A stretch of DNA of 64,000 nucleotides from Candidatus Bathyarchaeia archaeon (lineage in GTDB: Archaea > Thermoproteota > Bathyarchaeia > Bathyarchaeales > Bathycorpusculaceae): NCBI GenBank assembly GCA_049515895.1, contig JBEKTQ010000006.1, positions 64,234 through 128,233 on the forward strand, given 5' to 3'. Positions 20,191 through 29,831 of this stretch are shown one piece after another; the first letter of the stretch is position 1, and each line of letters opens with the position of its first letter. A program made the position numbers and the translations under genes. The notes under the pieces are model-generated. The model saw nothing but the letters and a program-made list of their open reading frames with translations. It had not been told where the DNA came from and searched no databases.

Positions 20191-20931
20191 TTAAACCCTC
20201 ACTTTGCCGGCTTGCCCTTCAGCCTGTTTGATGGTCTCCACAAGTTCCTCAACGAGAGCTCTTTTTATTTCGCCCCGAACACGGTCGCTGTTTGTACAGG
20301 CAGCTCCGCGTAAACCAGCAATGTCAGCGCCAAAGCGATAGATGACAGGTAAATCTTGCTTACGCAGCGACCCAGCCAATGCAACCTCGAGACCAAATTG
20401 ATGGCTGCAATCAACGAATTCCTCGAGTTGCGTGTCTTTTAGGTAACTGAAGAGGTTTTTTCCGTCTTTGACGCCCGTGTCAAGCATAGCAACCTCCACA
20501 CGGGCTTTAAACGCTATTGAAGGAATCTGCATCGGGTCCAACGAGTCAATTCTCTGTGTATCAGCCAACCCGACAGCAGCCACCTTGATTTTAGGATTGC
20601 ATCCTTTAGCGGCTTTGTTGACGTTCCGCAACAAGTAGACTGCTTCCCCTGCCGTGTTGCACCCACACAACCCAACCTTAATGTAATCGACACCTAGCGT
20701 TGCCGCGCCTAAAGCTGCCAAGGAAACGGAGCCTGGAAGGTTCGGGACATCGCCCAAAGCACAACTCACTCGAACGTTCTTCGGCGCGAGTTCTCTTATC
20801 TGTTTGATAACCCATGGGAAATTGGCTCCTAAAGCGCCTTCCTGCGGGTTTTTGACGTCTATTATGTCAGCGCCTCCGGCTATGGCTTCAGCAGCTTCTT
20901 TTACGTTTGCGGGACTTATGAGTAGCTTCAA
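20191..20931 (-). CDS. mfnB: (5-formylfuran-3-yl)methyl phosphate synthase
   Basis: LLISP, DIIDVKNPQEGALGANFPW, YIKVGL, MLDT, ALAGS. Confidence 0.93.
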   Translation of the reverse strand: MKLLISPANVKEAAEAIAGGADIIDVKNPQEGALGANFPWVIKQIRELAPKNVRVSCALGDVPNLPGSVSLAALGAATLGVDYIKVGLCGCNTAGEAVYLLRNVNKAAKGCNPKIKVAAVGLADTQRIDSLDPMQIPSIAFKARVEVAMLDTGVKDGKNLFSYLKDTQLEEFVDCSHQFGLEVALAGSLRKQDLPVIYRFGADIAGLRGAACTNSDRVRGEIKRALVEELVETIKQAEGQAGKVRV

Positions 20932-21036
20932 CCTTGTGTCAGTATCAAGCGCAGTAATTAACCCTTTAAAAGTTTTGCTCAGCGACGGCTAAGTTTTTCT
21001 ATTCGTTAATAATCATTCCAAAGTGGCGAAACAAGG

Positions 21037-21768
21037 TTGAGAATTATACCTGTGATCGACATTCTAAACGGCATCGTGGTTCATGCGGTCAGAGGCAAAA
21101 GAAGCGAGTACCGACCCCTGCAAAGCGTTCTATCCGATTCGTTTGCACCACTTGAAGTTGCGAAAACATTCAAAACGCTTGGTTTCCGCGAGTTGTACGT
21201 GGCTGATTTGGATGCGATTATTGATTGCTCAGCCGATTTTCATATTTTCAGAAAAATCGCTGATGGAACAGGACTTAAGTTGATGGTTGATGCAGGAGTG
21301 ACGTCGACGGAGAGGGCTGCACGTTTGCTTGAGAATGGGGTTTCTAAACTTGTTATCGGGACCGAAACTCTGCAAAACGCCAGTTTCATCGGTGAAGCAG
21401 TAAATGAGTTTGGAAACGCGCGAGTCATTGTTAGCTTGGATTTGAAAGGCGACCAGGTTCTGACTAAGCCGGGGTTTGACGGCAGTCTGGATCCTCAGCA
21501 CCTTCTGAGAAGATTCAAGGAGATGGGCGTTTCACAAGTTATTGTTTTGGATTTGACCCGGGTAGGGAGTGGTGAAGGAGTTAATATTGGTTTTTTGAGG
21601 AAAGTGCTTGATGAGCCGCCGTTGGATCTTTATGTTGGGGGCGGAGTTAGAGACATAAAGGATTTAGTTGAGTTAAGGGATGCGGGTGTGTCAGGTGCTT
21701 TGGTGGCCTCTTCTTTGCATTCTGGCATAATTTCTGTTGACGAATTGAAGAAGAATCAGATGCTTTAA
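21037..21768 (+). CDS. HisA/HisF-related TIM-barrel protein associated with C1-carrier cofactor genes
   Basis: IPVIDI..VVHAVRG, YVADLDAI, VGSGEG, GGGVR; divergent from mfnB. Confidence 0.82.
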   Translation: MRIIPVIDILNGIVVHAVRGKRSEYRPLQSVLSDSFAPLEVAKTFKTLGFRELYVADLDAIIDCSADFHIFRKIADGTGLKLMVDAGVTSTERAARLLENGVSKLVIGTETLQNASFIGEAVNEFGNARVIVSLDLKGDQVLTKPGFDGSLDPQHLLRRFKEMGVSQVIVLDLTRVGSGEGVNIGFLRKVLDEPPLDLYVGGGVRDIKDLVELRDAGVSGALVASSLHSGIISVDELKKNQML

Positions 21769-21774
21769 GAGGCT

Positions 21775-22506
21775 TTATTGGCGTTTTGCAAGGCAGACAA
21801 TCCCGCCAAGCTGTGTGAGACGTTTTCCAGCGGTTGATTCAGCGTTTATTACTCTTGTTTTTACTCCTTTGTTTGCGGCGACTTGCATGAGTTTTTGAAG
21901 GCGGTATTTTTGTCGGCTTTTTGCTAGGTACTCTTCTGTAAACATGAGGTATTCCGGCTTAGGTTTTCCCTCCGCTTGTGTGTCAAAGATAAAGTGTTCT
22001 GCTTCTTGCATAGAAAAAATGACCAGATTGTCGGCTGAATTTAGCTTTTTTTCCAGGATTTCGAGAAGGTTTTCTGCTTCTTCAGCCGTGGTTTCACTGA
22101 TTAACTTTTTGAAGCCAGCTGTCTTTGTTAGGGCGGCAACTTGCGGTGGAGCACTGGCTGAACCTGTTATTGTGGAAAACGCGGCTTTGTTGGTTCCTTG
22201 AAGAAGCCAGCTGTGGTGGGCCTTGATATGGTTTTGGAATTCTTGTGCATAATTTGTTCTCGGCGGGGTAGCTATTACGATGCTTCTTACCCCTTCTTTC
22301 AACGTTTGCCTCAGCGCGTTCACGATGGCTTCGTGAAAGTTGTAGAGTGCTTTTGGGTCTTTTCTGTTTCCGCTTAAGGAAATGGTCTGCTGTTGCTTGG
22401 CAACTTGGCTGAAAACTTGCCATAAAGCAGCGTGGTCACACTCTATTCCCACCAAAACCGCTACTGGGTATCCTCTTCTGTAAGCCTTCCGCGACATTGT
22501 GTTCAA
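21775..22506 (-). CDS. aeRF1/Pelota-like protein (middle and C-terminal domains only)
   Basis: C-terminus VINAESTAGKRLTQLGGIVCL resembles eRF1 domain 3; only 243 aa. Confidence 0.6.
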   Translation of the reverse strand: MNTMSRKAYRRGYPVAVLVGIECDHAALWQVFSQVAKQQQTISLSGNRKDPKALYNFHEAIVNALRQTLKEGVRSIVIATPPRTNYAQEFQNHIKAHHSWLLQGTNKAAFSTITGSASAPPQVAALTKTAGFKKLISETTAEEAENLLEILEKKLNSADNLVIFSMQEAEHFIFDTQAEGKPKPEYLMFTEEYLAKSRQKYRLQKLMQVAANKGVKTRVINAESTAGKRLTQLGGIVCLAKRQ

Positions 22507-22606
22507 CTATTTGATTGAAGCTACCCTATTTAGCCTTCCTTCAACTACCCAGAATTTGGAACGGTACGTTTATGAACATCGTAAAACCGATTTAGAATGA
22601 TGCCGC

Positions 22607-22930
22607 ATGATTAAAGTCGACGATAAACAAGGCCTTAATGAAGAATTGAAAAAGGATGAGAAAATTCTTGCACTATTTTATGCTTCATGGTGCCCTTACT
22701 GCATCCGTTTTGTCCCAGTTTTCCAAAAGAAAACAGGCGGCTTCAATGGCGCTGCGGTTATTCATGTCATGCTTGATGATTACGACAATCCATTATGGGA
22801 TGACTATGACGTAAAGGCTGTTCCAACCATAATATTCTTTGAAAAAGGCGTCGTCTCTAAACGTCTCGACGGAAAATTCGGCGTCGGCTTGACTGAAAAA
22901 CAGCTTGACAACTGGCTGAAGCAACTTTAA
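22607..22930 (+). CDS. Thioredoxin
   Basis: FYASWCPYC, VPT. Confidence 0.9.
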   Translation: MIKVDDKQGLNEELKKDEKILALFYASWCPYCIRFVPVFQKKTGGFNGAAVIHVMLDDYDNPLWDDYDVKAVPTIIFFEKGVVSKRLDGKFGVGLTEKQLDNWLKQL

Positions 22931-23034
22931 GAGGCAGCGAAACGGAGCAACACGCAATTTTAAAGGTTGCCTCCTATTTTTGGGAGAAACGAGAAATTGC
23001 GTAGAACTCTAATTGCGCAAAGGCAACTTAGTTA

Positions 23035-23281
23035 ATTGCCTGCTCCACGGCCAGATAAAAACAGCGGATTGATACGCGTTTACTTCTTTTTCCATTTCGA
23101 TTTTTTTCAGGTTACCAAGGATTAAACGGGAGATTTTTAGATGTTTCTAGATTAATTTAGATTTTTATAGATCTTTTTAGATGTTTTTAGATTACAGTTG
23201 CAACCAATCCAAACCCCAAATCAAGAAAGCAACCCAAAACACAAACAACAAATTTGCCGGCTTTTCCACACGAAATAACTT
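23035..23281. repeat. Non-coding element copy 2: 10-bp-period (T)AGATNTTT array plus conserved ~85-bp block
   Basis: Units at 23139-23189 every 10 bp; ...AAAGCAACCCAAA.CACAAACAACAAATTTGCCGG shared with copy 1. Confidence 0.8.
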
Positions 23282-26200
23282 ATACATCTTTGTGGTTTTC
23301 GGGTTTCTTGTTTCTCGATAACCGGTAGGGCCACCAGTTGAAACTCTGCGCTAGCCCCATCAGCGACGGCACAAAGAAGAGGATGACGACGGTTACATCG
23401 ATAACGATGGCGGCGGCGACCGCAAGGGCGATTTCTTCGAGAACGGCAATATTGGTTACCAGCAGCGACAAAAAGACGGTGGCCAGAACGAGACCTAAGC
23501 CGAGGATTGTTACCCAAACTTTGTCGATGGCGGTTACTATTGCTTCATCATCTGTTTTTCCATTTAGGACTTCTTCTCTGATGCGAGTTATGAAGAATAT
23601 GTCGTAGTCAATTCCGACGCCAAGCATGGTTACGACAACAAAAAGAGGCGCGAAATCCAAGATAGGCAGGTTAAGGGCATAGTAGAAGACGAAGGAAATG
23701 ATTGCTAACGAGCACACAACACTGCAAAGAATCGTGACAATCAAACGAACCGGCGTGAAAGCTGACTTTAACTGGAAGAACAGGATCACGTAGACCGCAG
23801 CCGCCAGAATAGCAACGACCTCGGGAATCAAGTTTGCCATGAACGCTTGACTATCGGTGGTCGCCTGGGTTTCTCCGCCATAGTAAACCTTTACACCTTC
23901 TGCAAGTGAGAGCTTGCTGCTGATGTTCTTTTCAATTCCCTTCAACGAATTGATGGCGGCGGAGCTCCAGCCCGAATCCACCAGGTTAACGGTGATAACT
24001 GCGGTTTTGTTGTCTTTGCCGATGGTTGAAAACATCTGGCTCTCATACTGCTGCTGAATTGGCAAGGACATTTTTTCGATTAAGGCGTATTCGAATGAGC
24101 TCCCGTATGGTCTAGTTGTTCCAGTGACCGTCGAGACTCCTTTGGAACCCGCAGCGACTGCCGTGACTGCCTCGATTTGGTTAAGCAGAGTCTGGTTAAA
24201 CTGGTTGTCTCCGTACGTTATAGGCGTGGGGGTCGTGATAATGATAGATGTTGGTGAAAGGGTTCCGCTTCCAAAATCGTTCGCTAAGGCGGTGAATCCC
24301 TGGTTGCTTGGGAAGTTCGGAATCAACTTCAGAAACTCCTCGCTCGTCGGCGTACTATACATCACTATGAAGGCGCTCAACGCTACAATGCTGATGATCA
24401 CCACAACCGGTACTTTTCTTTTAAGCGTGCTGTGCCCAAGGCGTCTTAGAGCGTTTTTGTTTGGGTCAGAGTTTTCATTTCTCTTCTTATTTAGTCCCGG
24501 CCAGAAAATTCTGTCGCCTAAAGCAATCTCCAAAGCCGGCAACAACGTCAAAGACGCCGTCAGCAAAATAGCAACGCCGAGGGCTATTGCAGTTCCAACG
24601 TCGCTGAAGATAGGAACGTTAGCGACGGCCATAACAATGTAAGCAACAATAACAGTTATGCCTGCTGTCAAAACTGCTTGGCCTGCCCATTTAATCGAGA
24701 TGCCTACGCTTTCCTCGAGCGATTTGCCTTTCAACCGTTCTTCCCTTGTTCGCCTAAGCTGCAAAACTGAGTAGTCCACTGCTAGACCAAGCATCAAGAG
24801 TATGGTTAATGTAGGGGTAAGAAAAGTTAGGTTTCCATGACCGATCTTCACGAAACCTTCGTAAATCGAGGCGAGCGCGACAGAAATAGAAATCCCACCT
24901 AACAGAACTGGGATTAAAGCAGCCATCGGCGCCAAAAAGAGAAGCCCAACAATTAAAAGCGAGATAGCGACGCCTGGGCCTACGGTTACTTCTAAGGCTG
25001 GCACGAACGCTTTTGCGACATCAGATGTCAAAACTGGGCCGCCGGTCACGTAGACAGTTCCGTAGTTTTGCAGTCCCGAGTTTTGCACAGCGGACTTCAC
25101 GTACGCGATAGTTTTGTCGTCTAGGTTGGAAGAGAAACTGAAAACAATCATCATGGTGTTGTTTTGTGAGTTGATGAAGTTGCCTGTTAACGCGGAGGTT
25201 GGAGCAAACGGGTAGTTTGTGTATGGTTGAGTTGCAATTTCGGTGTCGATGGCTCTGTTTATGTCGCTGATTGTTGCATTCGGCGAAAGGGATGTGAGAA
25301 GACTCGCGAGAGAGGCGCTGTTTACTTTGAAGAGAGGCGACTCGTTAAAGGCGCTTTGGGTAGCGTTAGATGTCAATGCGCAGGCAAGATTCCATTTTTG
25401 CGTGCTATTAGGTGCTGAACCAAGGTCATACGAGGAGTGCATAAGGTCAGAAACTGAAAAGCCTGAGTCAGAAACTGTCAAGTTGCTGTAGCTTTCTTCC
25501 AAGAGGCCAATAGCGTAGTTTTCAACGGTGACGTTTGAAGGCGACTGCCCGAAACTGTAAAGCTCGTTCACGACACTTATTGGTGAAGCGCCAAGTGAGG
25601 ATGCAAGGCTTGATGGAATGCTTGAAGCCATGTTTGTAATCGTCAAATTCTCAATTGCTGCAGGCTGATTCCAAGTTTCAAAGTTTAAACTTGAAGTAAC
25701 GAGACTCACCATTTGACTTGTTTGGGCATCAATCTGCGAATTTCCCAGAAACCCAGCGACTGCTTGCCCAATCGCGTAAGCCTCCCGATTAGACACTGAC
25801 GTGCTGGCTGGAAGTGTCAAGTAGCTTGCATTCCATGCTTTAAAGAAAGCCGTGAAGTAACCGATAGATTCGGCGGCGCCTCCGAAATTGCCTGTTACGC
25901 TGAAGGTAGTTGAATTAGCTTGCGCATTAGCGTCAAAGGGGTTTGTGTCGTCGTATCCGCTGAGCTGCTGTGACACGCCTTGCCAAACATTAACGAACGC
26001 CGCTGGAACTCCCCATACAAGTTGTGCTGTTTGGTTAATGCCGTCCTGCATCTGGAACAGGTTTTCGCTAAGCGAGGAAAGATTCCCCGTGAAAGAATAC
26101 AATCCTTGGTTGATTACAAGTATGCTTGCTTGAAGCATCGCTGTTTGATTGATGATCGCTGGCAAGGAACCGTTAAGGACATTGGCTTCACTCGCGTAAA

Positions 26201-26555
26201 GGCTCTGCTCACCTGTGTAATTGCCGACGTTTGAACTCTCAAACAACGTTTGATTAAGGGCCAAAACAACCTGCCTTAGAGCATCCGAATACACTGAGGC
26301 GTTCTGAACGACAACAAGAATGCTGGTGTCACTGCTGTTCCTCGCAGGAAACTGTGCTCGAATTATACTAGCGGCTCTATCCGACATCGTGTTGGAAGGA
26401 GCCCCAAACCCACCCGTCAGATCATAGGAGACAGACGAGAAAAAGCTTGGGATGAGAAAAAGCGAGAGCACCACTGCAATTACCCAAGCTGCTATAACCC
26501 ACCTGTAACGTCTTCGAATGAAATGATTCAGTGAATCAAAGAAAGACCTTGCCAT
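23280..26555 (-). CDS. MMPL/RND family transporter with large extracellular domain
   Basis: GLAVDY and GVGIDYDIF motifs; duplicated TM blocks; 1091 aa. Confidence 0.9.
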   Translation of the reverse strand: MARSFFDSLNHFIRRRYRWVIAAWVIAVVLSLFLIPSFFSSVSYDLTGGFGAPSNTMSDRAASIIRAQFPARNSSDTSILVVVQNASVYSDALRQVVLALNQTLFESSNVGNYTGEQSLYASEANVLNGSLPAIINQTAMLQASILVINQGLYSFTGNLSSLSENLFQMQDGINQTAQLVWGVPAAFVNVWQGVSQQLSGYDDTNPFDANAQANSTTFSVTGNFGGAAESIGYFTAFFKAWNASYLTLPASTSVSNREAYAIGQAVAGFLGNSQIDAQTSQMVSLVTSSLNFETWNQPAAIENLTITNMASSIPSSLASSLGASPISVVNELYSFGQSPSNVTVENYAIGLLEESYSNLTVSDSGFSVSDLMHSSYDLGSAPNSTQKWNLACALTSNATQSAFNESPLFKVNSASLASLLTSLSPNATISDINRAIDTEIATQPYTNYPFAPTSALTGNFINSQNNTMMIVFSFSSNLDDKTIAYVKSAVQNSGLQNYGTVYVTGGPVLTSDVAKAFVPALEVTVGPGVAISLLIVGLLFLAPMAALIPVLLGGISISVALASIYEGFVKIGHGNLTFLTPTLTILLMLGLAVDYSVLQLRRTREERLKGKSLEESVGISIKWAGQAVLTAGITVIVAYIVMAVANVPIFSDVGTAIALGVAILLTASLTLLPALEIALGDRIFWPGLNKKRNENSDPNKNALRRLGHSTLKRKVPVVVIISIVALSAFIVMYSTPTSEEFLKLIPNFPSNQGFTALANDFGSGTLSPTSIIITTPTPITYGDNQFNQTLLNQIEAVTAVAAGSKGVSTVTGTTRPYGSSFEYALIEKMSLPIQQQYESQMFSTIGKDNKTAVITVNLVDSGWSSAAINSLKGIEKNISSKLSLAEGVKVYYGGETQATTDSQAFMANLIPEVVAILAAAVYVILFFQLKSAFTPVRLIVTILCSVVCSLAIISFVFYYALNLPILDFAPLFVVVTMLGVGIDYDIFFITRIREEVLNGKTDDEAIVTAIDKVWVTILGLGLVLATVFLSLLVTNIAVLEEIALAVAAAIVIDVTVVILFFVPSLMGLAQSFNWWPYRLSRNKKPENHKDV

Positions 26556-26942
26556 TCAACCCAGCCCTAAACAAACCGCTCGAAACTACATTTCATGGAT
26601 AATCATAGCATTTGCCGTCTGCGTCGCCTTTCTTAAGGATTTCCCACAATATGTCCCTAAACCAACAAGAGACAGCTCCCAAAGCAAAGGTAGCAGAAAC
26701 TTAAAGTTTGGATTATTCAAAGTAGAAATGCAACAATGCAAAGATGCTTGTTGTTCTTCTAAGTCTGAGTTGCTCAATGAGCTGCCAAGTGTTGAAAAGG
26801 GCACGCATGAAAATTCTAAGCTATTACTCAAAGGCGGCAATGACTAACAAGGCCTAGAACGTGTTTGTACCTCTGAAGATCTCAGGTTTTTTAGAAAGCG
26901 AAAACAGACTTGTCTTGGGCTTATCCAAAAATGACGAACGAG

Positions 26943-27016
26943 TGCCGAGGGCAGGGTTTGAACCTGCGACGACTCGGTCTTCAGCCGAGCGCTCTCCCAG
27001 GCTGAGCTACCTCGGC
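26943..27016 (-). tRNA. tRNA-Phe(GAA)
   Basis: GCCGAGG acceptor stem; CTCGG-CTGAAGA-CCGAG anticodon arm; GGTTCAAA T-loop; no encoded CCA. Confidence 0.96.
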
Positions 27017-27206
27017 ATATTTTGGGCAACCTTGGGATATTGGAGAGCCTAATCATTTACGTTTCCTCAGAAATATTAAGTTATCTTTTTGGCAGAATGA
27101 CTAAAAATCGAACAAGAAGAGCCGCTTCCGTTTAGTTTTTCAAAACTTTACGCCGACGTGAGGTTGAATCATTCTGGAGCTAAGATCTTACTTTTGGTTG
27201 TTAACT

Positions 27207-27326
27207 TCAAGGAATGAAGCTCATGAAATGCATCAAGAAGTAACCTATAAGTCCGCTCGTTAGGAAACATACAAAGATTAGAGTTCCTTCATGTTCATCA
27301 ACGAGGTCATTTAACTTTCTTTTCAA
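27207..27326 (-). CDS. Possible 39-aa single-TM micro-protein
   Basis: TTG start after AGGTG: MKRKLNDLVDEHEGTLIFVCFLTSGLIGYFLMHFMSFIP. Confidence 0.35.
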   Translation of the reverse strand: MKRKLNDLVDEHEGTLIFVCFLTSGLIGYFLMHFMSFIP

Positions 27327-27414
27327 GCGTTTGGCACCTGCTAAATGATTGTTTTCTTGAGAGGAAAGGTTTTATGAAGGGAGAATACGTAGTTTGAATT
27401 CAGCTTACGTCTGT

Positions 27415-27491
27415 GGGCCGTTAGTCTAGCTGGCTAGGACGTCGCCCTCACGCGGCGAAGATCACCGGTTCAAATCCGGTACGGCCCACCA
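27415..27491 (+). tRNA. tRNA-Val(CAC)
   Basis: GGGCCGT acceptor; TCGCC-CTCACGC-GGCGA anticodon arm; encoded CCA; TTTATGAA box upstream. Confidence 0.96.
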
Positions 27492-27825
27492 ATCTATAAT
27501 TCCGTCCGAAAAGGGAGCCAAGCAACCGTCTAATAATAAACCGCGATTTTTTTTGAATCTGTTCTCAAACATGTAGTAAATTGGTTCGCCGCCGACAAGC
27601 AATGAGCCCACCAAGCAGCCTGCGCCCAGCCCGCGGTACATGATCATTGTCAAGAGGACTACGTAAAGAAGCGGCATGTGAAAAGCGTACGAAAACAAGA
27701 ATCCGCCTACCGCGTAGATTACAAGTTCATCTGGGGTTGGAAGCATAATATACAACTATACAGGTAGCAAAAAGGCTGAAACCCCGACTCTTCTTAAAGT
27801 CATACTAATCTATGCTGATGTCGTT

Positions 27826-28230
27826 TTGCCTAATAGAAATTTTCCAAATCACTCGCGCCTTCAAGAACGTGATGCTGAGATCAAACCAACTTACTTCTTA
27901 ACACTTATTACCTTGAACAATAATTGTAATTATGGGATTTTTATGCATAGAAAACGTGTTTTCACAATCGCAGCAGTCTTTCTTGTTATAGCCATAGTTG
28001 TGCCTCCAGTCATCGTTATCTTAGAAGCGAATAATTCAATATACAAATACATAATTCCAGGCACCACCCCCACCCAAGGATCACCAACCATTCAAATTAC
28101 ACTCACCAATCAAGAACGCGCAAACTTCAACACAGCAATAATCATCGCAGCCACCATCGAAGTCATTTTCTTAGCTCTGTTCATAATAACGCTTTACAAC
28201 GGCATAAACCACACACACCCAGAACACTAA
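27826..28230 (+). CDS. Small 2-TM membrane protein
   Basis: Two hydrophobic helices; likely start at MHRKR (~27943). Confidence 0.6.
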   Translation: MPNRNFPNHSRLQERDAEIKPTYFLTLITLNNNCNYGIFMHRKRVFTIAAVFLVIAIVVPPVIVILEANNSIYKYIIPGTTPTQGSPTIQITLTNQERANFNTAIIIAATIEVIFLALFIITLYNGINHTHPEH

Positions 28231-28479
28231 GCACAAAAACGTGTTTTAGCAACTTTTTCCAAACCAAATCGAAGAGGCTGCGATGGTGCAATTTCAGAGC
28301 CTTAGTAAAGCCTATGCTCGAGAAACCCTGCTGAACATACAAAGCTGCTTCCTGTTAGCTTTGCCTTTAGAAGAAGGCGCCATCTTTTGCTGCTGTGGCT
28401 GCACAACCACAAATTTTTAAAAGCAGTTAACGCTCAATGCCTTTAGCACTACCCTACTGTTTTTTGGGAGGTGTAATTT

Positions 28480-28680
28480 ATGCCTGAAACATCCATTAAC
28501 ATAACCGAAAAACTACAGAAGATTGGTCAAACAGCCCAGGAATATAAAGATGCCATTGTTAATCAATTCAAGGATATGGAAGTCGACGTGAAAGATTGGA
28601 ATTTTGCCGTTGGAAAAGCAGACAAGGAATACACGGTTGAAGTTAACGTTAAGCTCGGAATTCGGCCAAAAAAAACTTAA
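28480..28680 (+). CDS. Hypothetical protein (66 aa)
   Basis: Strong GGAGGTG RBS; TTTTTAAA box upstream. Confidence 0.75.
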   Translation: MPETSINITEKLQKIGQTAQEYKDAIVNQFKDMEVDVKDWNFAVGKADKEYTVEVNVKLGIRPKKT

Positions 28681-28815
28681 GCAAGAGTGCTTGCCTAAGC
28701 AAAACCCCCTTTCTTTAAGAGGCATTCTGCCTACATCTTACGGGTGGCGATTTCCCGACCAAAACAGATAAAAACGTGACTTTGCATCCTCAAAGCTACT
28801 GTAGAGGAAAAGCGT

Positions 28816-29016
28816 ATGCCAACCGAAATTACTGATGTCGATAAGTTTGTAGCAATGAGCGCCAAAGCAAAGTACTGTTCAGTGCAAAGGCTCAAAGACA
28901 AGGTTAAACTGAAACTGCGCACGCCGCGACAACTTTACACGCTTAAGATTGAGCCTATGAGAGTCGACGAAATCATAAAGAAGCTCCAATGCGAAATCCA
29001 AGAAAAAGAAAAATAA
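28816..29016 (+). CDS. rpl38e: 50S ribosomal protein eL38
   Basis: MPTEITD..F..KLKLRTPRQLYTLK signature. Confidence 0.88.
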   Translation: MPTEITDVDKFVAMSAKAKYCSVQRLKDKVKLKLRTPRQLYTLKIEPMRVDEIIKKLQCEIQEKEK

Positions 29017-29100
29017 GACAATTTAACCAAAACTGTAACCTTTCTATTTCTAATCCTCCTTAAAGATCAAAATACTCATCTTTCACTATCTTTGCGTTCT

Positions 29101-29136
29101 CCGTATACAAAAGCATCACCAAAACCCAGTTTTCCA
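29101..29136 (-). repeat. 35-bp motif copy 1 (TGGAAAACTGGGTTTTGGTGATGCTTTTGTATACGG)
   Basis: Dispersed motif with other copies at 33656, 35889, 38813 and 40970. Confidence 0.85.
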
Positions 29137-29176
29137 ACTCCCAACACGGTTTTTAACTTCAAGAATGCTAGAACCT

Positions 29177-29480
29177 TTCGAAAACGAACGAACCTTAAAT
29201 ATACATGGAAACTGAAAAACCGAAAGGGGAAAAGAATGGCACTAAAAGGTTGCAAATCGACCTTTTCATATTTGAAATCAAACACTAGAGTCAAAAAAGC
29301 ATGGGAAACTGGACCTTAAGAGTTGCCAAAGTTAGCATTTCGGGGCACGTCAGAATTTTTTTGGGGGCAGGCAATGGCTTAGCTCGGTCCTCTGTTTGAT
29401 CAAATCTATTAATTATGTTCGTCCAAGCTTTTTTTCATGACCGAAAATTAAACGAATAATCATTTTTTACATAATAAAGT
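29177..29480 (+). repeat. Duplicated non-coding block A (promoter-like 30-mer plus shared motifs)
   Basis: TTCGAAAACGAACGAACCTTAAATATACAT, GGCACTAAAA, ATTATGTT, AACGAATAAT, CATTTTTTACA occur in the same order at 36598-36877. Confidence 0.7.
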
Positions 29481-29714
29481 TTAAAAAACTTCTTAGGCGC
29501 TTGTGAAATAAACAATAATTAATCAATCACTCCATACACGTATTCCTGCTTTACGATTCGTACGGCGAAGGTTGGTTTGATTGGAGTTTGGCAAAGATAA
29601 AGAAGGTATTTCAGTCAGGCAGGATAATTCTGCAGCAATGTAAATAGGGAGAAAACTTGAATTTGAGCGGTCAAGGAGTTGGTGTGTTTGAGGCGCTGGA
29701 AGTTGATGCGTGGT

Positions 29715-29746
29715 CGGAAAGTGAAAGTTGATGATGCTTCGTATCC
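29715..29746 (+). repeat. Degenerate copy of the 35-bp motif
   Basis: CGGAAAGTGAAAGTTGATGATGCTTCGTATCC; inverted relative to copy 1. Confidence 0.4.
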
Positions 29747-29831
29747 AATTTAAAAAATGCGCAAGTGCTTCAGCTGTTCTAGGCAATTCACTTTTTTACC
29801 TATTTGATGCCAATTGTGTTAGGGGTTAGCT

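Noticed and set aside
24124-24642. Long antisense ORFs here and at 39196-40087, 48954-49382 and 56269-56784
   Set aside because: Shadows of well-supported genes on the opposite strand
26844-27056. ORFs overlapping tRNA-Phe
   Set aside because: Chance frames across a clear tRNA gene
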